A stretch of DNA of 64,000 bases from Candidatus Multivoradales bacterium (GTDB lineage: Bacteria > Acidobacteriota > Thermoanaerobaculia > Multivoradales > Multivoraceae), in contig CBDCWI010000002.1 in NCBI GenBank assembly GCA_965223325.1, positions 3,744,001-3,808,000 of the forward strand, in the 5' to 3' direction. Positions 28,913 through 38,429 of the stretch are shown here, in pieces; position 1 is the first letter of the stretch, and each line of letters opens with the position of its first letter. The position numbers were made by a program, and so were the translations under genes. The notes beneath the pieces are model-generated. The model did no database searches and was not told the DNA's origin. It saw only the letters and a list, made by a program, of their open reading frames with translations.

Positions 28913-30163
28913 TCAGGCGCCGTACTTGGCGAGTTTCCCTGCGTTGGCCAGCATCAACCCCATCAAGTCACACGACCGAAGCGTTCCCAAATGCCCCTTG
29001 ATCACCTGCAGCTCATCGAAACGTTCGGTCTCATCGATGAAGCAGTGCGATCCGTGCAGCAGAAGCGGGATGGGGTGCCAGCTGTGGGCTTTCATCGGCG
29101 CTGGAGTCGAGTGATCACCAGTGATCGCCATGACGTCCGGGTCGAGGGCCAGAAGGCGTGGCAGGTCACGGTCGACCTCTTCGAGCACCGCCACCTTGGC
29201 GGCGATGTCTCCATCTTCACCGGCCTGGTCGGTTTGTTTGACGTGCAGAAAGAGGAAGTCGAAATCTTTCCAGCGTGGCTCGACGGCATCGACCAGGTTG
29301 GAGAAGCGCTTGCCGCAGTCGACGACTTCCATGCCGCAGGCGCCGGCGACACCCCGATAGAGCGGGTAGCCCGCGAAGCAGCCCGGGCGCAGTTTGTAGA
29401 GCTCGGGAAAGGACGCCAGATGAGGCGGCTTGGAAAAGCCCCGCAACAAAAAGCTGTTGGCAGCCGCTTCGTCGGCAAGCGTTTCGCGCATCAGCTCGAT
29501 GACGGGAGCGAGGCGCCGGACGGTCTGTGCGGCGGTTTCCTCCGACTCCTCTTCAGCACGGATGGGAAGCGGCGCGAACCCGGTGCGCTGGGGGTCGGTG
29601 TCTGCCAGCGCGGCCGAAAGCTCGGCTTCCGGGTGGGAGATCAACAAGACAAACCGATAGCCCTCGCCGGAATGGATGTCGACCTCGAGGCCATCGGAAA
29701 CCGCGGAGGCGCGCTCGGCGAGAATCGGGCGAAGCTTGTTGCAGAGGCGGACGCACTCTTCAGTTGGTATCCGCCCGGCGCGGCGATCGGTCAACTTGCC
29801 TTCGGCATCGACGGTGGCGAAGTTGCCGCGCGCTGCGACCGTGTCTCTGGCAACCTCGAGTCCGAGACCGAGGGCTTCGAGAACGCCGCGCCCGATGTCG
29901 ACCTCTGGACGCGTCGGGTCGTAGCCGAAGAGTCCGAGATGACCGGGGCCGCTACCTGGAGTCACCCCGGCCTGGACGGCTTCGAGACGCCCGAGCGCCG
30001 AGCGTTTTGCGAGGGCGTCGAGGTTGGGGGTGTTGGCCGTCTCGAGCGCAGTCTTGGGCTGCGTGGCGCTACGCAGGTCACCAACACCGTCGAGAACCAG
30101 GAGAACGATGCGACTGTCGGTCTGGCGGGCAAGGCCGGCGAGGAGTTCGTGTCGAGGGTCCAT
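28913..30163 (-). CDS. apgM: 2,3-bisphosphoglycerate-independent phosphoglycerate mutase (ApgM type)
   Basis: LDGVGD, TPGSGPGH, GRGVLEALG, DRRAGRI, LHVKQTD..GEDGD, TGDHSTP, HSWHP. Confidence 0.93.
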   Translation of the reverse strand: MDPRHELLAGLARQTDSRIVLLVLDGVGDLRSATQPKTALETANTPNLDALAKRSALGRLEAVQAGVTPGSGPGHLGLFGYDPTRPEVDIGRGVLEALGLGLEVARDTVAARGNFATVDAEGKLTDRRAGRIPTEECVRLCNKLRPILAERASAVSDGLEVDIHSGEGYRFVLLISHPEAELSAALADTDPQRTGFAPLPIRAEEESEETAAQTVRRLAPVIELMRETLADEAAANSFLLRGFSKPPHLASFPELYKLRPGCFAGYPLYRGVAGACGMEVVDCGKRFSNLVDAVEPRWKDFDFLFLHVKQTDQAGEDGDIAAKVAVLEEVDRDLPRLLALDPDVMAITGDHSTPAPMKAHSWHPIPLLLHGSHCFIDETERFDELQVIKGHLGTLRSCDLMGLMLANAGKLAKYGA

Positions 30164-30190
30164 GGGCTCTTTCTCTGGGGAGCGAAGGTC

Positions 30191-30625
30191 TCAGGAAACG
30201 AAGTAGGCGTGGCAGCGCACCTGGACCCGGGTCCGCGGTTCGAGCCCTGCTCCACACAGGGCAAGCGCAGTCGACTCGGCCAGTACGGGAAGCAGCACCC
30301 AGCCGTCGAAGCGACCATCGGAGCTGTAGGGCGGAACGACCGGCTCGACCTCGGACACCCGCATCCAATGCTCGCCCTTTGGGTCGAACGAGGCATGAAG
30401 CTCGATGTAGGCGCGGTCGAGATCGATTGCCTTCTCGGCTGACGGGTGCCATACCGAACAGGCGAAACGGTACTCGTCCCACTTTGCAGTTTCGATTCGT
30501 GCCTTTCCGCCGGCCAGGAGCGGTAAACGGAAGTTGCCCCGCGCGTCGGTCGCGAAGACTTCGCTCGTGCGGTCGAAGTCGACCTGGTGAGGAGGGGCAG
30601 CATTGGCTGGGCGGTTTGGCATCAA
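30191..30625 (-). CDS. Hypothetical protein
   Basis: 4-nt overlap with eda and tight packing before apgM; no recognised motif. Confidence 0.6.
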   Translation of the reverse strand: MMPNRPANAAPPHQVDFDRTSEVFATDARGNFRLPLLAGGKARIETAKWDEYRFACSVWHPSAEKAIDLDRAYIELHASFDPKGEHWMRVSEVEPVVPPYSSDGRFDGWVLLPVLAESTALALCGAGLEPRTRVQVRCHAYFVS

Positions 30626-31296
30626 CGCGCACTCACCTCCGAGACGGCGCCGCGTGCGAGGCTGAGCGCTCGTCTGATGCGGCTGAGACTCTCGTCTTCG
30701 GTTGCGCCGAGGAGCGGTCCTCCGATGCCGAAAGCCCGGGCGCCGGCGTCACGATAGGCAGGAACGTCCTCAATGTCGAAACCGCCTCCGGCGAGCATCG
30801 GCACGTCGAGGTCTCCCAGGGGTTGGCGGACGACCGATAGGTAGCCCGGCCCGCCGACGGGTGGCAAAGGATAGACCTTGATGAGGTCGGCGCCGAGCTC
30901 CCAGGCGTTGACGATCTCGGTGGCAGAAAGCGCCCCCATCACCAGATAGAGGTCGTGGCTCTTGGCCACTTCGGCGACGCCCGCATGAGTGTTGGGCGAG
31001 ACGATGAACTCGGAACCGACGCCCGCAGTTGCCTCGGCTCGCGCTCGCGTGGTCACGGTGCCCATGCCGATGTAGGGTGGCCCGTCGCCTTCGCGCTCGC
31101 CGAGTAGTTCCCCTACGACCTCGAGCGCTCCAGGAACCGACCAGGTGACTTCGATGATCTCGAGACCACCGCGCACGAACAGGCGCGCCTGCCTGAGCGC
31201 CTCTTCCGCGGTTTCGGTGCGAACGACGGCACAAATCGGTGAACGCTCGACCGCGTTGCGCACGGCACTTCGGCGCACGGCGTTCGCAAGCTTCAT
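30622..31296 (-). CDS. eda: KDPG/KHG aldolase
   Basis: AVVR, IEVT, IGMGTV, IVSP, Schiff-base IKVYP. Confidence 0.88.
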   Translation of the reverse strand: MKLANAVRRSAVRNAVERSPICAVVRTETAEEALRQARLFVRGGLEIIEVTWSVPGALEVVGELLGEREGDGPPYIGMGTVTTRARAEATAGVGSEFIVSPNTHAGVAEVAKSHDLYLVMGALSATEIVNAWELGADLIKVYPLPPVGGPGYLSVVRQPLGDLDVPMLAGGGFDIEDVPAYRDAGARAFGIGGPLLGATEDESLSRIRRALSLARGAVSEVSAR

Positions 31297-31415
31297 CGAG
31301 ATGTCAGGCTCCGGTTCGAAGGGGAGTTCAGGAGCGGCTGTTTGTGCGCTTCCGGGGGTGCTCTGGGGAACGCGAGTGTATCATCGGGGTTCTGTTTCAC
31401 TGACCCCGATTTGCG

Positions 31416-31718
31416 TTGACCAACCTTCCCCAACATGTCTTTTTGATCGTCAGTGGCAGCGGTCCGCTGCTCATCTTGACGACCTACCCGGAAGCGGGAG
31501 ATCCGCATCTGAAGAGCAAGTTGTCGTCGCGCGGCATCGAGCATTACCTCGCCTACGAGATCGATCCAGCGGTCGCCGCCGAGCGCTACACCACAACCTG
31601 GGACGCGGTGGCGAAGGATCTCGGAACCGTCGAAGACATCAGAGTGCTCGACTTCAATGGCCACCAGATCATGGCCAACTTCGCCCTCTCCGAGCTCGGT
31701 GAACCAACGAAGGCCTAG
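31416..31718 (+). CDS. Conserved hypothetical cytosolic protein
   Basis: GSGPLLILT...KL..RGI..Y.AYE...ERY...DL...DIRVLDFNG pattern; TTG start uncertain. Confidence 0.7.
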   Translation: MTNLPQHVFLIVSGSGPLLILTTYPEAGDPHLKSKLSSRGIEHYLAYEIDPAVAAERYTTTWDAVAKDLGTVEDIRVLDFNGHQIMANFALSELGEPTKA

Positions 31719-32326
31719 GTGATCGCTTCGGCGATCGGATCCAGGCCGGCCCAGGCGAGCAGTTCGCGCACCAGGGGTAGCGGAAGCCCGACGACGTTCG
31801 AGTAGTTGCCTTCGATGCTCTCGATGAAGAGGGCGGCCTTGCCCTGGATGCCGTAGGCGCCGGCCTTGTCGGCCGGCTCACCGGTGGTGATGTACCAATC
31901 GATTTCGTTCCGCGTCAGGGCCTTGAACCACACTCCGGTCGTCGCGACGGCGCTGTTGGACGTACCACTCGTTTCGCCCCAGGCCGAGCACACCGACACC
32001 CCGGTCAAGACTTCGTGGCGCCTGGCTGACAGACGCTCGAGCATGCTGCGGGCTTCCGGCTCGTCGCGCGGCTTGCCGAGGAGCTCGCCGTCGATGGTGA
32101 CGATCGTGTCGGCTGCCAGAACCACTTCTCCAGGCGCAATCTGGCAGCGAGCCTTGTCCTCGGCAAGGCGAAGGACGTAGGCCTCAGCCGGCTCACCGAC
32201 CCTCTGGGTTTCGTCGATGTCTGCCGGCCGAACCTCGGGCCTGAGCCCGAGGCCACAAAGTAGCTCACGGCGGCGCGGCGAGCCCGAGGCGAGGATGAAC
32301 CGCGGGCGGTCGCCCTCGGAACTCAT
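31715..32326 (-). CDS. maf: Maf-family nucleoside triphosphate pyrophosphatase
   Basis: ILASGSPRRRELL, ADTIV, LGKP, DKAGAYGIQG, NVVGLP. Confidence 0.96.
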   Translation of the reverse strand: MSSEGDRPRFILASGSPRRRELLCGLGLRPEVRPADIDETQRVGEPAEAYVLRLAEDKARCQIAPGEVVLAADTIVTIDGELLGKPRDEPEARSMLERLSARRHEVLTGVSVCSAWGETSGTSNSAVATTGVWFKALTRNEIDWYITTGEPADKAGAYGIQGKAALFIESIEGNYSNVVGLPLPLVRELLAWAGLDPIAEAIT

Positions 32327-34899
32327 GGGTAGTAACCGCTTACAGTGCGCGTTTCGAGACCTCGTTCGTCGACTTCGACGGTCACTGTGCGGTAGCCCTC
32401 GGCTTCGCTCGTCGACTGGTAGACCAGGAGGTACTGCGAGCGGATTTCCTCCTCGATGCGGTCATAGATGCGGGTGAGCTCGCGCGCGGTTTCGATCGAG
32501 TAGTAGGCACCTCCGGTGTCGCGCGCCAGACGACGGAGGCGGCTCTGAGTGGTCATTTGCCGCGAGTCGCTTCCGAGTGCGATCGTGTAGAGCGCGACGC
32601 CACTTCGGCGGGCAAACTCGAGAACCGTGTCGTAGTCGTACTCGCTGTTCGAGTCTTCACCGTCTGAGATGACGATCAGGGCACGCTTCCCCTCGAGACC
32701 ACGAAAGTAGTAGAGCGTGAAGATCAAACTGTCCCAGAGCGTCGTTTCGCCGTCGGCCTCGAGTCCCGCCAGGCCACCGGCGAGAATCTCGGTACTACCT
32801 GTGAACGGAACCTGCAGTTTGGGTGCGTCGGCAAAGGTCACCAGGCAGGCCCGGTCCTTCTCACCGAGGACGCGCTCGAAGAAGCGCAGAGCAGCCTTCT
32901 CAGCCTCGTCGAGCTCTTCTTCCATGGAGGTCGACGTATCGAGCAGAATGCCGGCATGCACCGACAGGTCGCGCACGTGTTCGAAACGGCGTACCGTTTG
33001 CGGCTCGCCCTCTTCCTTGACGACAAAAGCAGTCGGCTCGAGGTCGTCACGCGCGCGCCCCTTCTTGTCGACCACCGAGACGTAGAGCTCGACCATGTTG
33101 ATGTCGACGCGATCGACGAGATCGGGTGCGTTGACGAAAACCACGTCTTCGACCGATGTCTCGTTCTCGAGTGTTGCGACGACGCGAACATACGCGAGCT
33201 CGTCGTCCGGTCCGCCACCGATGCCTTCAGGAATCAGCATGGGTTGGACCCAGGGCGGCTGGTAGAGCGTTGCGACCAGCGTCTCGTTGAGGAAGAACTC
33301 GACGCGATCGAGCTTCTCGAGCGCTGGGGTGAGAACTTCGGCAACCGCGCGCACGCTCCTTCGATACCCCTTGCCGGGCTGCGGCTCCACCAGCCGGACA
33401 TCGAAGCGATGGGGGCCGGTGTTGAGCGTCAGGAGATCTTCTGCCAGGAGAAGGCCGCTCGCATCGTGTGCCTCTGCCGCCAGGGTGTGGACTTGCGGCT
33501 CCGGGCCGAGGTCGATCTCGACGCTATAGGGCGGCTTCGACTTCGACAAAACGCGGCGGCCGTCGAGGGCAAAGGTAACGCGCGCAATGTCATTGCCCTT
33601 GGCGTGTGCGCGCACTCGGGTTCTGCCGGTCAGCAAGAGGTCGTTGGGAACATCCAACACGATGCGGTGAGCGGCTTCGACCGGCGTCGTGTCTTCACTC
33701 GTGTCGTCACCGTCGCGGTCATCGTCTTCGGCGATGTTCAGGGACTGGTTGGCTTCTTCGAGAGCGGCAGCGCGGCCTTTGGTATCGGCAAGCTCACTGT
33801 GGATGACCCGCGCGCGCTCCTTGGCGACTCGCGGTACTTCGAGCGGGATGCGTTGGTGAAAGTAGCGCTCCGAGTTCAGCTCTTCGACCCGTAGAACGAG
33901 CTCGTAGGCCCCGGGCCTCAGCAACCGTTCGACGACGAGAGCAAGGGCGGTATCGGGTGCACCCTCGCGAGGCAGGTCGAAGCGATAGCGGAAACTCTCG
34001 AAGAGCTCGAGCTCGCCGCGTGCCGGAGCGCGCAGGACTTCGCCGTCGACCATGAAGCGCGCGACCTTCTCGTCGTGCCCCAGGTCTTCCTGGGCGACTT
34101 CGAGCAGCGCCTGCACGACTGTGCGGCTCTGATAGCGGCCCGGGTAAGCGATCTCGAGCGCAGCTCTTAGAGGGTCAGCGTCCTGGGGAACGTCGGTTGT
34201 CGAGGCGAGGAAGCTCGTGACCCATTCGGCGGTCGCGCGCCGACGCAGCATTGGCGCCTCATCGAGGAGGCGCTCGGTGTCGATGGTCGTACTGAGGGCT
34301 CGTACGATCTCCTCGCCGCGCGAGCACTCTTCGATCAGCGACCGGTAGAGCATCTCGTCACTGCCTGAACCGTCGAAGAGGAAGAGGCTCGACAGCCCAT
34401 CCGCCGCGTGCCAGGGTCGCCAATCGGAACCGCGTCGTGCGAACACCAGGTGAAACTCACCGCGCACGACCGAACCGTTGCGATAGCGCCAGATGTCTAG
34501 CGTGCGGATGGCGTCACAACGGGCCTTCCATGTGATCTCCGGTTCGCCGTGGAGAATCATCGCGTGGGCCTGTGGACTGTCGAGGTCCTCGAGCTGGTCG
34601 AGCGCCGCGTCGGTGCCGAGCTGGATGGCGTCGCGCAGTTCGTTGCGCGGGCTCTCGGGAAACGGGTCGCTGCGTCGCCAATACGCCTCGATGAAGGCGT
34701 CGCGCTGGTAGTCATGGGCCAGGTCGCGAAAAGCCTGCCGGCTCTCGTCGTCGAGCAGGAAGGCCGTCTGGGCCATGAACTGCTGGTGACGCGGAGCCAG
34801 CGCCGCGTCGTTCGCCGGTTCGGCTTGCTGCGCGGCCCCTGTCGGTAAAAGGCCGAGAGCGAAGAGGGTCCACACCAGAACGGAACGAAGAAACGCCAT
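32323..34899 (-). CDS. Exported GWxTD-like + Ig-like + VWA domain protein (paralog 1)
   Basis: Signal peptide; RDAFIEAYWRRSDPFPESPRNE...LHGEP; VTFALDG and VEFFLN Ig-like repeats; MIDAS DTSTS, T, SDGED. Confidence 0.82.
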   Translation of the reverse strand: MAFLRSVLVWTLFALGLLPTGAAQQAEPANDAALAPRHQQFMAQTAFLLDDESRQAFRDLAHDYQRDAFIEAYWRRSDPFPESPRNELRDAIQLGTDAALDQLEDLDSPQAHAMILHGEPEITWKARCDAIRTLDIWRYRNGSVVRGEFHLVFARRGSDWRPWHAADGLSSLFLFDGSGSDEMLYRSLIEECSRGEEIVRALSTTIDTERLLDEAPMLRRRATAEWVTSFLASTTDVPQDADPLRAALEIAYPGRYQSRTVVQALLEVAQEDLGHDEKVARFMVDGEVLRAPARGELELFESFRYRFDLPREGAPDTALALVVERLLRPGAYELVLRVEELNSERYFHQRIPLEVPRVAKERARVIHSELADTKGRAAALEEANQSLNIAEDDDRDGDDTSEDTTPVEAAHRIVLDVPNDLLLTGRTRVRAHAKGNDIARVTFALDGRRVLSKSKPPYSVEIDLGPEPQVHTLAAEAHDASGLLLAEDLLTLNTGPHRFDVRLVEPQPGKGYRRSVRAVAEVLTPALEKLDRVEFFLNETLVATLYQPPWVQPMLIPEGIGGGPDDELAYVRVVATLENETSVEDVVFVNAPDLVDRVDINMVELYVSVVDKKGRARDDLEPTAFVVKEEGEPQTVRRFEHVRDLSVHAGILLDTSTSMEEELDEAEKAALRFFERVLGEKDRACLVTFADAPKLQVPFTGSTEILAGGLAGLEADGETTLWDSLIFTLYYFRGLEGKRALIVISDGEDSNSEYDYDTVLEFARRSGVALYTIALGSDSRQMTTQSRLRRLARDTGGAYYSIETARELTRIYDRIEEEIRSQYLLVYQSTSEAEGYRTVTVEVDERGLETRTVSGYYP

Positions 34900-34938
34900 A
34901 GGCGATGCTATCGCGCGAAGCGCCGGGACTGTTCGGCC

Positions 34939-36402
34939 TTAGTCGCTAAAGAGGTTGATGATGCGTTCGATCGCAGCGCTGCACACGGGACAGAAATGGT
35001 CCGGGTTGCGAGTGAACATGATGCAGTCGGCGCTCGGGCGGTAGAGACCCTTGGCCTGGTACCCGGCGCCCTCGAAGGCCCCGACTGCACCGAGGTGTGG
35101 CTCTTTGGCAAGCAACGCTGTGCTGGCTGCCTTGACCTCAGCGAAGTATTCGTCCATCCGCTCTTCCGTGGCGCCTCCTTTGCGCAGCGCCGAGCGAATT
35201 TCCTGATAGCCGAGCGACATCTCGTCGTAGGCGTCCTGGTTCCAGGGGGTCGGCACCGGAACGTCGTCGCCGAACCTACTCCACTTGAGGGTCTCGCCGT
35301 CTAGAAGCGCGGTGACGTTGGGCTCCCAGGGTTCGACTCCTGCGGTATTGAACCCCTCGTAGGCGACCTGCGAGGTGTAGTACTCATCACCGAGGCCGGC
35401 GAAGGCGTGGCCGAACTCGTGCACGATCAGGTAGGGCATCTGAGCACTCTTGGCGGCGGCTGTCGAATAGAGGTTGAAGATGCCCCCGCCGCCGTACTTG
35501 TCGCTGTTGGCGATCAAGATCAGAAAGTCGTACGGCGCCTGAGCGGCGACCTCGCGCATGCGCTGGTTGCTCATGGTGAGCATGTAACGCTCGGAATCGA
35601 AGATGTTGTAGCTCATTCCGAGCGGCGAGTTGCGCCACTTCCCTTCGCGGGGCTTGGTCACTCCGTGTTCGCTGGCAGCGACGTCGATCGCCCAGACATT
35701 GAAGTCACCTCGGCGCTCTCTGAACGGCGGGAACGAGAACAAGGCCTCGGCGACGGCGGTCGCGTCGTCGCGGTAGGAGCCCATCTCGTCTTCGGGGTAA
35801 CCATCGCCGAGGATGAGAAGGTCGACCTTCTCGGCCGGGTCACCGTTCTCGAAGACCGTCCACACTGCACCGGCTTTTGCGACCGGGGCGCGGTTGATCA
35901 GGCGACTCTCGGGGTCGATGACCTGAGAGTGGATCTCGCGAAAGGTGCCGTCGGCCGCCCTCCTCTTGAGGACCAGCTGTACGGGTGCGCGTGGCTCGGG
36001 GAAGCGTTGCGACTCGTGCAGCGAACGCCAGGCTCCTCCGCGCGCCTCAGCGGTGGTTTGCCATTCCCCGAAAATGCTCGAGAAACCTGCTGAGTAGATC
36101 GCTTGATGGGTCGCGGTGTCGATGACGGTGAACATGAACAGGCCGAGGTTGGTGGTATCGAGCAGCTGCGTGCGCCGACCCGACCACCTACCCTCGGCAC
36201 GGATTTGATCGAGAGCGATGTGCTCTTCGTTCGAAGTTCCGGTGTGGAAGTAGTCGAAGCGCAGGGTCCCACCGGTAAAGAAGCTGTCGAAGTCCTGCGC
36301 TGCGAGCGGGGTCGCAAGTGCGGCCAGGAGGAGAACTACGACGTTGCGAGCGATCGAAGGGCGATCAACGACGGTGTGCGACGGTTGTGCGTTTCGGCTC
36401 AT
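34939..36402 (-). CDS. Peptidase M64 (IgA peptidase) family
   Basis: TLRFDYFHTG, VDLLILGDGY, YGGGG, zinc motif HEFGHAFAGLGDEY, GLYRP..C.M..FCPVC. Confidence 0.92.
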   Translation of the reverse strand: MSRNAQPSHTVVDRPSIARNVVVLLLAALATPLAAQDFDSFFTGGTLRFDYFHTGTSNEEHIALDQIRAEGRWSGRRTQLLDTTNLGLFMFTVIDTATHQAIYSAGFSSIFGEWQTTAEARGGAWRSLHESQRFPEPRAPVQLVLKRRAADGTFREIHSQVIDPESRLINRAPVAKAGAVWTVFENGDPAEKVDLLILGDGYPEDEMGSYRDDATAVAEALFSFPPFRERRGDFNVWAIDVAASEHGVTKPREGKWRNSPLGMSYNIFDSERYMLTMSNQRMREVAAQAPYDFLILIANSDKYGGGGIFNLYSTAAAKSAQMPYLIVHEFGHAFAGLGDEYYTSQVAYEGFNTAGVEPWEPNVTALLDGETLKWSRFGDDVPVPTPWNQDAYDEMSLGYQEIRSALRKGGATEERMDEYFAEVKAASTALLAKEPHLGAVGAFEGAGYQAKGLYRPSADCIMFTRNPDHFCPVCSAAIERIINLFSD

Positions 36403-36411
36403 GCACGACTC

Positions 36412-37161
36412 CTAAGGCTCTTCGGCGCCACCCTTGTAGGCGATGGCAAACAGGTGTGCGGTGCGTTGGGGTTGGTTGTCGTCCTTCATCGACTCGCGAG
36501 CGCTCATAACGTTCGAGACCATGGTGCCGATGGCCTGAAGCGGCTTGCGGTAGGAAATCGAGCGCAGGCCACGCCAGCGATGTCGACCAGTTCGAATGCC
36601 ATAGACCACCTCGACGAGCGCGAAGTGTCGCTCCAGCAGACTTTGAAGCTCTTCCCGGCGATAGTGACGGACGTGGTCAGGGTTGTAGTTCGGCGGCTCG
36701 TTCTTGATGTAGTCGCCGTTGGGGGTCGTGAAGTACGCCCATGCTCCCGGTCGCAGCACCCGGGCAATCTGACGAACGAAAGCCTCGTCCTGGTCGATGT
36801 GCTCGATTACCTCGACCGCCACGATGCCGTCACGTGAATTGTCGGGAAGAGTCGACGTGCACATGTCCTCGATAAGAACGTCCTCGACGTTCGAGCGCCT
36901 TCGAGTCAGTCTCTCGAAAATGGGATCTGTCATTCCGAGATGGAGATCCTCCTGGACCTCCGCTTCGCGGGGAATGTCCATCACCGTGATGCGCGCGGGG
37001 AGGGCGATCGTGTAAGGGGATGAGCGGCCACCCACGTCGAGAACCGACGGGCTCGGCGTCGCAGCCCGCGTGATGAGTCGCCGGAGGTCGCGATGGGCGC
37101 GAGAATGGAGCGCCGGCAGGACCAGGCGAGCGTTATGGCGCAGGATCTCGTACGGTGTCAT
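36412..37161 (-). CDS. Class I SAM-dependent methyltransferase
   Basis: VLDVGG, EVIEHI, RVLRPG..FTTPN, HVRHY; start placed behind AAGGA. Confidence 0.85.
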   Translation of the reverse strand: MTPYEILRHNARLVLPALHSRAHRDLRRLITRAATPSPSVLDVGGRSSPYTIALPARITVMDIPREAEVQEDLHLGMTDPIFERLTRRRSNVEDVLIEDMCTSTLPDNSRDGIVAVEVIEHIDQDEAFVRQIARVLRPGAWAYFTTPNGDYIKNEPPNYNPDHVRHYRREELQSLLERHFALVEVVYGIRTGRHRWRGLRSISYRKPLQAIGTMVSNVMSARESMKDDNQPQRTAHLFAIAYKGGAEEP

Positions 37162-37248
37162 TCCTTTCACCGCACCATTGTTCGCAATCTTCGACGGCAC
37201 AGTCAATCTCGAACAGCCAACCTCGGGCTCGCTTCGACCGCTGGCTTC

Positions 37249-38412
37249 CTATGAGTGTTCGTTGGGCCGCGGCTGACGGGCGAGGCGTGGCAGCAGGTAC
37301 GCTGCCCAACAACCTGTTGCTGTCAGGAAGAAGAGAGCCCCCCAGGATAGCCATTGCAAGACCGAGGGCGCGTCGAGGTCGACCAGCATGCGGGCCAGAA
37401 GTGCCGGCAGGAGCAGCGCGGCCATCGCAGCTAGAGGCCACGGTCTGCCGGTCTGCAACTTCGAATAGCCACCATGCCCGAGGATGACCTGTGAGCTCAC
37501 GGCCAGCGCGAGCAGGCCGAAGCCGCCAATGAAGGTCACATGAAGCCCACCCTTGCCCAGACGCGGCACGGCCGCCGCGACCAGATACCCCAGGGGCGCG
37601 CACCAGATCCCGATGAACAGCAGCCAGCGGATGAGGCCGGGGCGGTTCGGCGGTCGGTGAATCTGCGCCGAGAGAAGGAGGGCCAAGAGCATGGTTACAC
37701 CGCGCAGGGCGTAGCCGAGTCGTAGTGCGAGGTAGTGCTCGAGGGCAAAGCTCAGGAGGAGGAGCAAGACCCCCAGCCCATTCAGGGCGAGGTCACGTGA
37801 CGACTCGCGGTAGGAGCCCAGATCGCGCGGCGCGCTGCCCCTGGTCATCAAAGGGACCGCGAAGCCGCCGATGCCGACGACCAGGCAGCAGAACAGCCCC
37901 TGCAGCACCAGACCCCGACCAAGCTCGTGCAACGTCCACATCCCGGGCATGGCGGCACCGAAGCCGGTCAGAACGGAGCCCACAACGCCGCACGCAAGGG
38001 CCGCGATGAGCCAGATGAAGTTGGCCGGAGGCCGGCGCCCTCCGCGCCGCAAGCGCGGCCAGGCGAAAAGGAAGACCGCAACCAGAAGCACCAGCCAGAA
38101 AGCCTGCGCCACCGACCAGAGCTCCAGGCCAGCAGCGACCGTCGTTCCGATAGGGCACGCAAACGAGACCACCAGCAGTGGCAGGCTGGGTGGGTCGCTC
38201 TCGGTGCGTCGAGGCAGCATCGTGAACAGGAAGCCGAGCGCGAAACAGATCAGGAACCCCTGGACCTGCACCATGGCGTGAAAAATCGAGAGGTAGGCCT
38301 CGATCACTCCCTGCCCGAAGAGAAGCCACTGGCCGACTCCCACCCACGCCAGGCCGATGCCAAGCGGGAAGAACAGCCGATACGGCTGACGGCGGAGCGC
38401 GTCGAGTGTCAG
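37249..38412 (-). CDS. nnrS: NnrS family membrane protein
   Basis: FH...QGF...LGFLFTMLPR, GLHVTFIGG, VILGHGG; the frame continues upstream of the GTG at 38343 through QPYRLFFPLG to a possible CTG start at 38412. Confidence 0.75.
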   Translation of the reverse strand: MTLDALRRQPYRLFFPLGIGLAWVGVGQWLLFGQGVIEAYLSIFHAMVQVQGFLICFALGFLFTMLPRRTESDPPSLPLLVVSFACPIGTTVAAGLELWSVAQAFWLVLLVAVFLFAWPRLRRGGRRPPANFIWLIAALACGVVGSVLTGFGAAMPGMWTLHELGRGLVLQGLFCCLVVGIGGFAVPLMTRGSAPRDLGSYRESSRDLALNGLGVLLLLLSFALEHYLALRLGYALRGVTMLLALLLSAQIHRPPNRPGLIRWLLFIGIWCAPLGYLVAAAVPRLGKGGLHVTFIGGFGLLALAVSSQVILGHGGYSKLQTGRPWPLAAMAALLLPALLARMLVDLDAPSVLQWLSWGALFFLTATGCWAAYLLPRLARQPRPNEHS

Positions 38413-38429
38413 GAGGCGCGGACCTTCCT

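Noticed and set aside
31430-31450. Possible homopolymer frameshift (ATGTCTTTTTGATC) hiding an ATG start
   Set aside because: An in-frame TTG start at 31416 already gives a full-length protein; cannot be resolved without reads.
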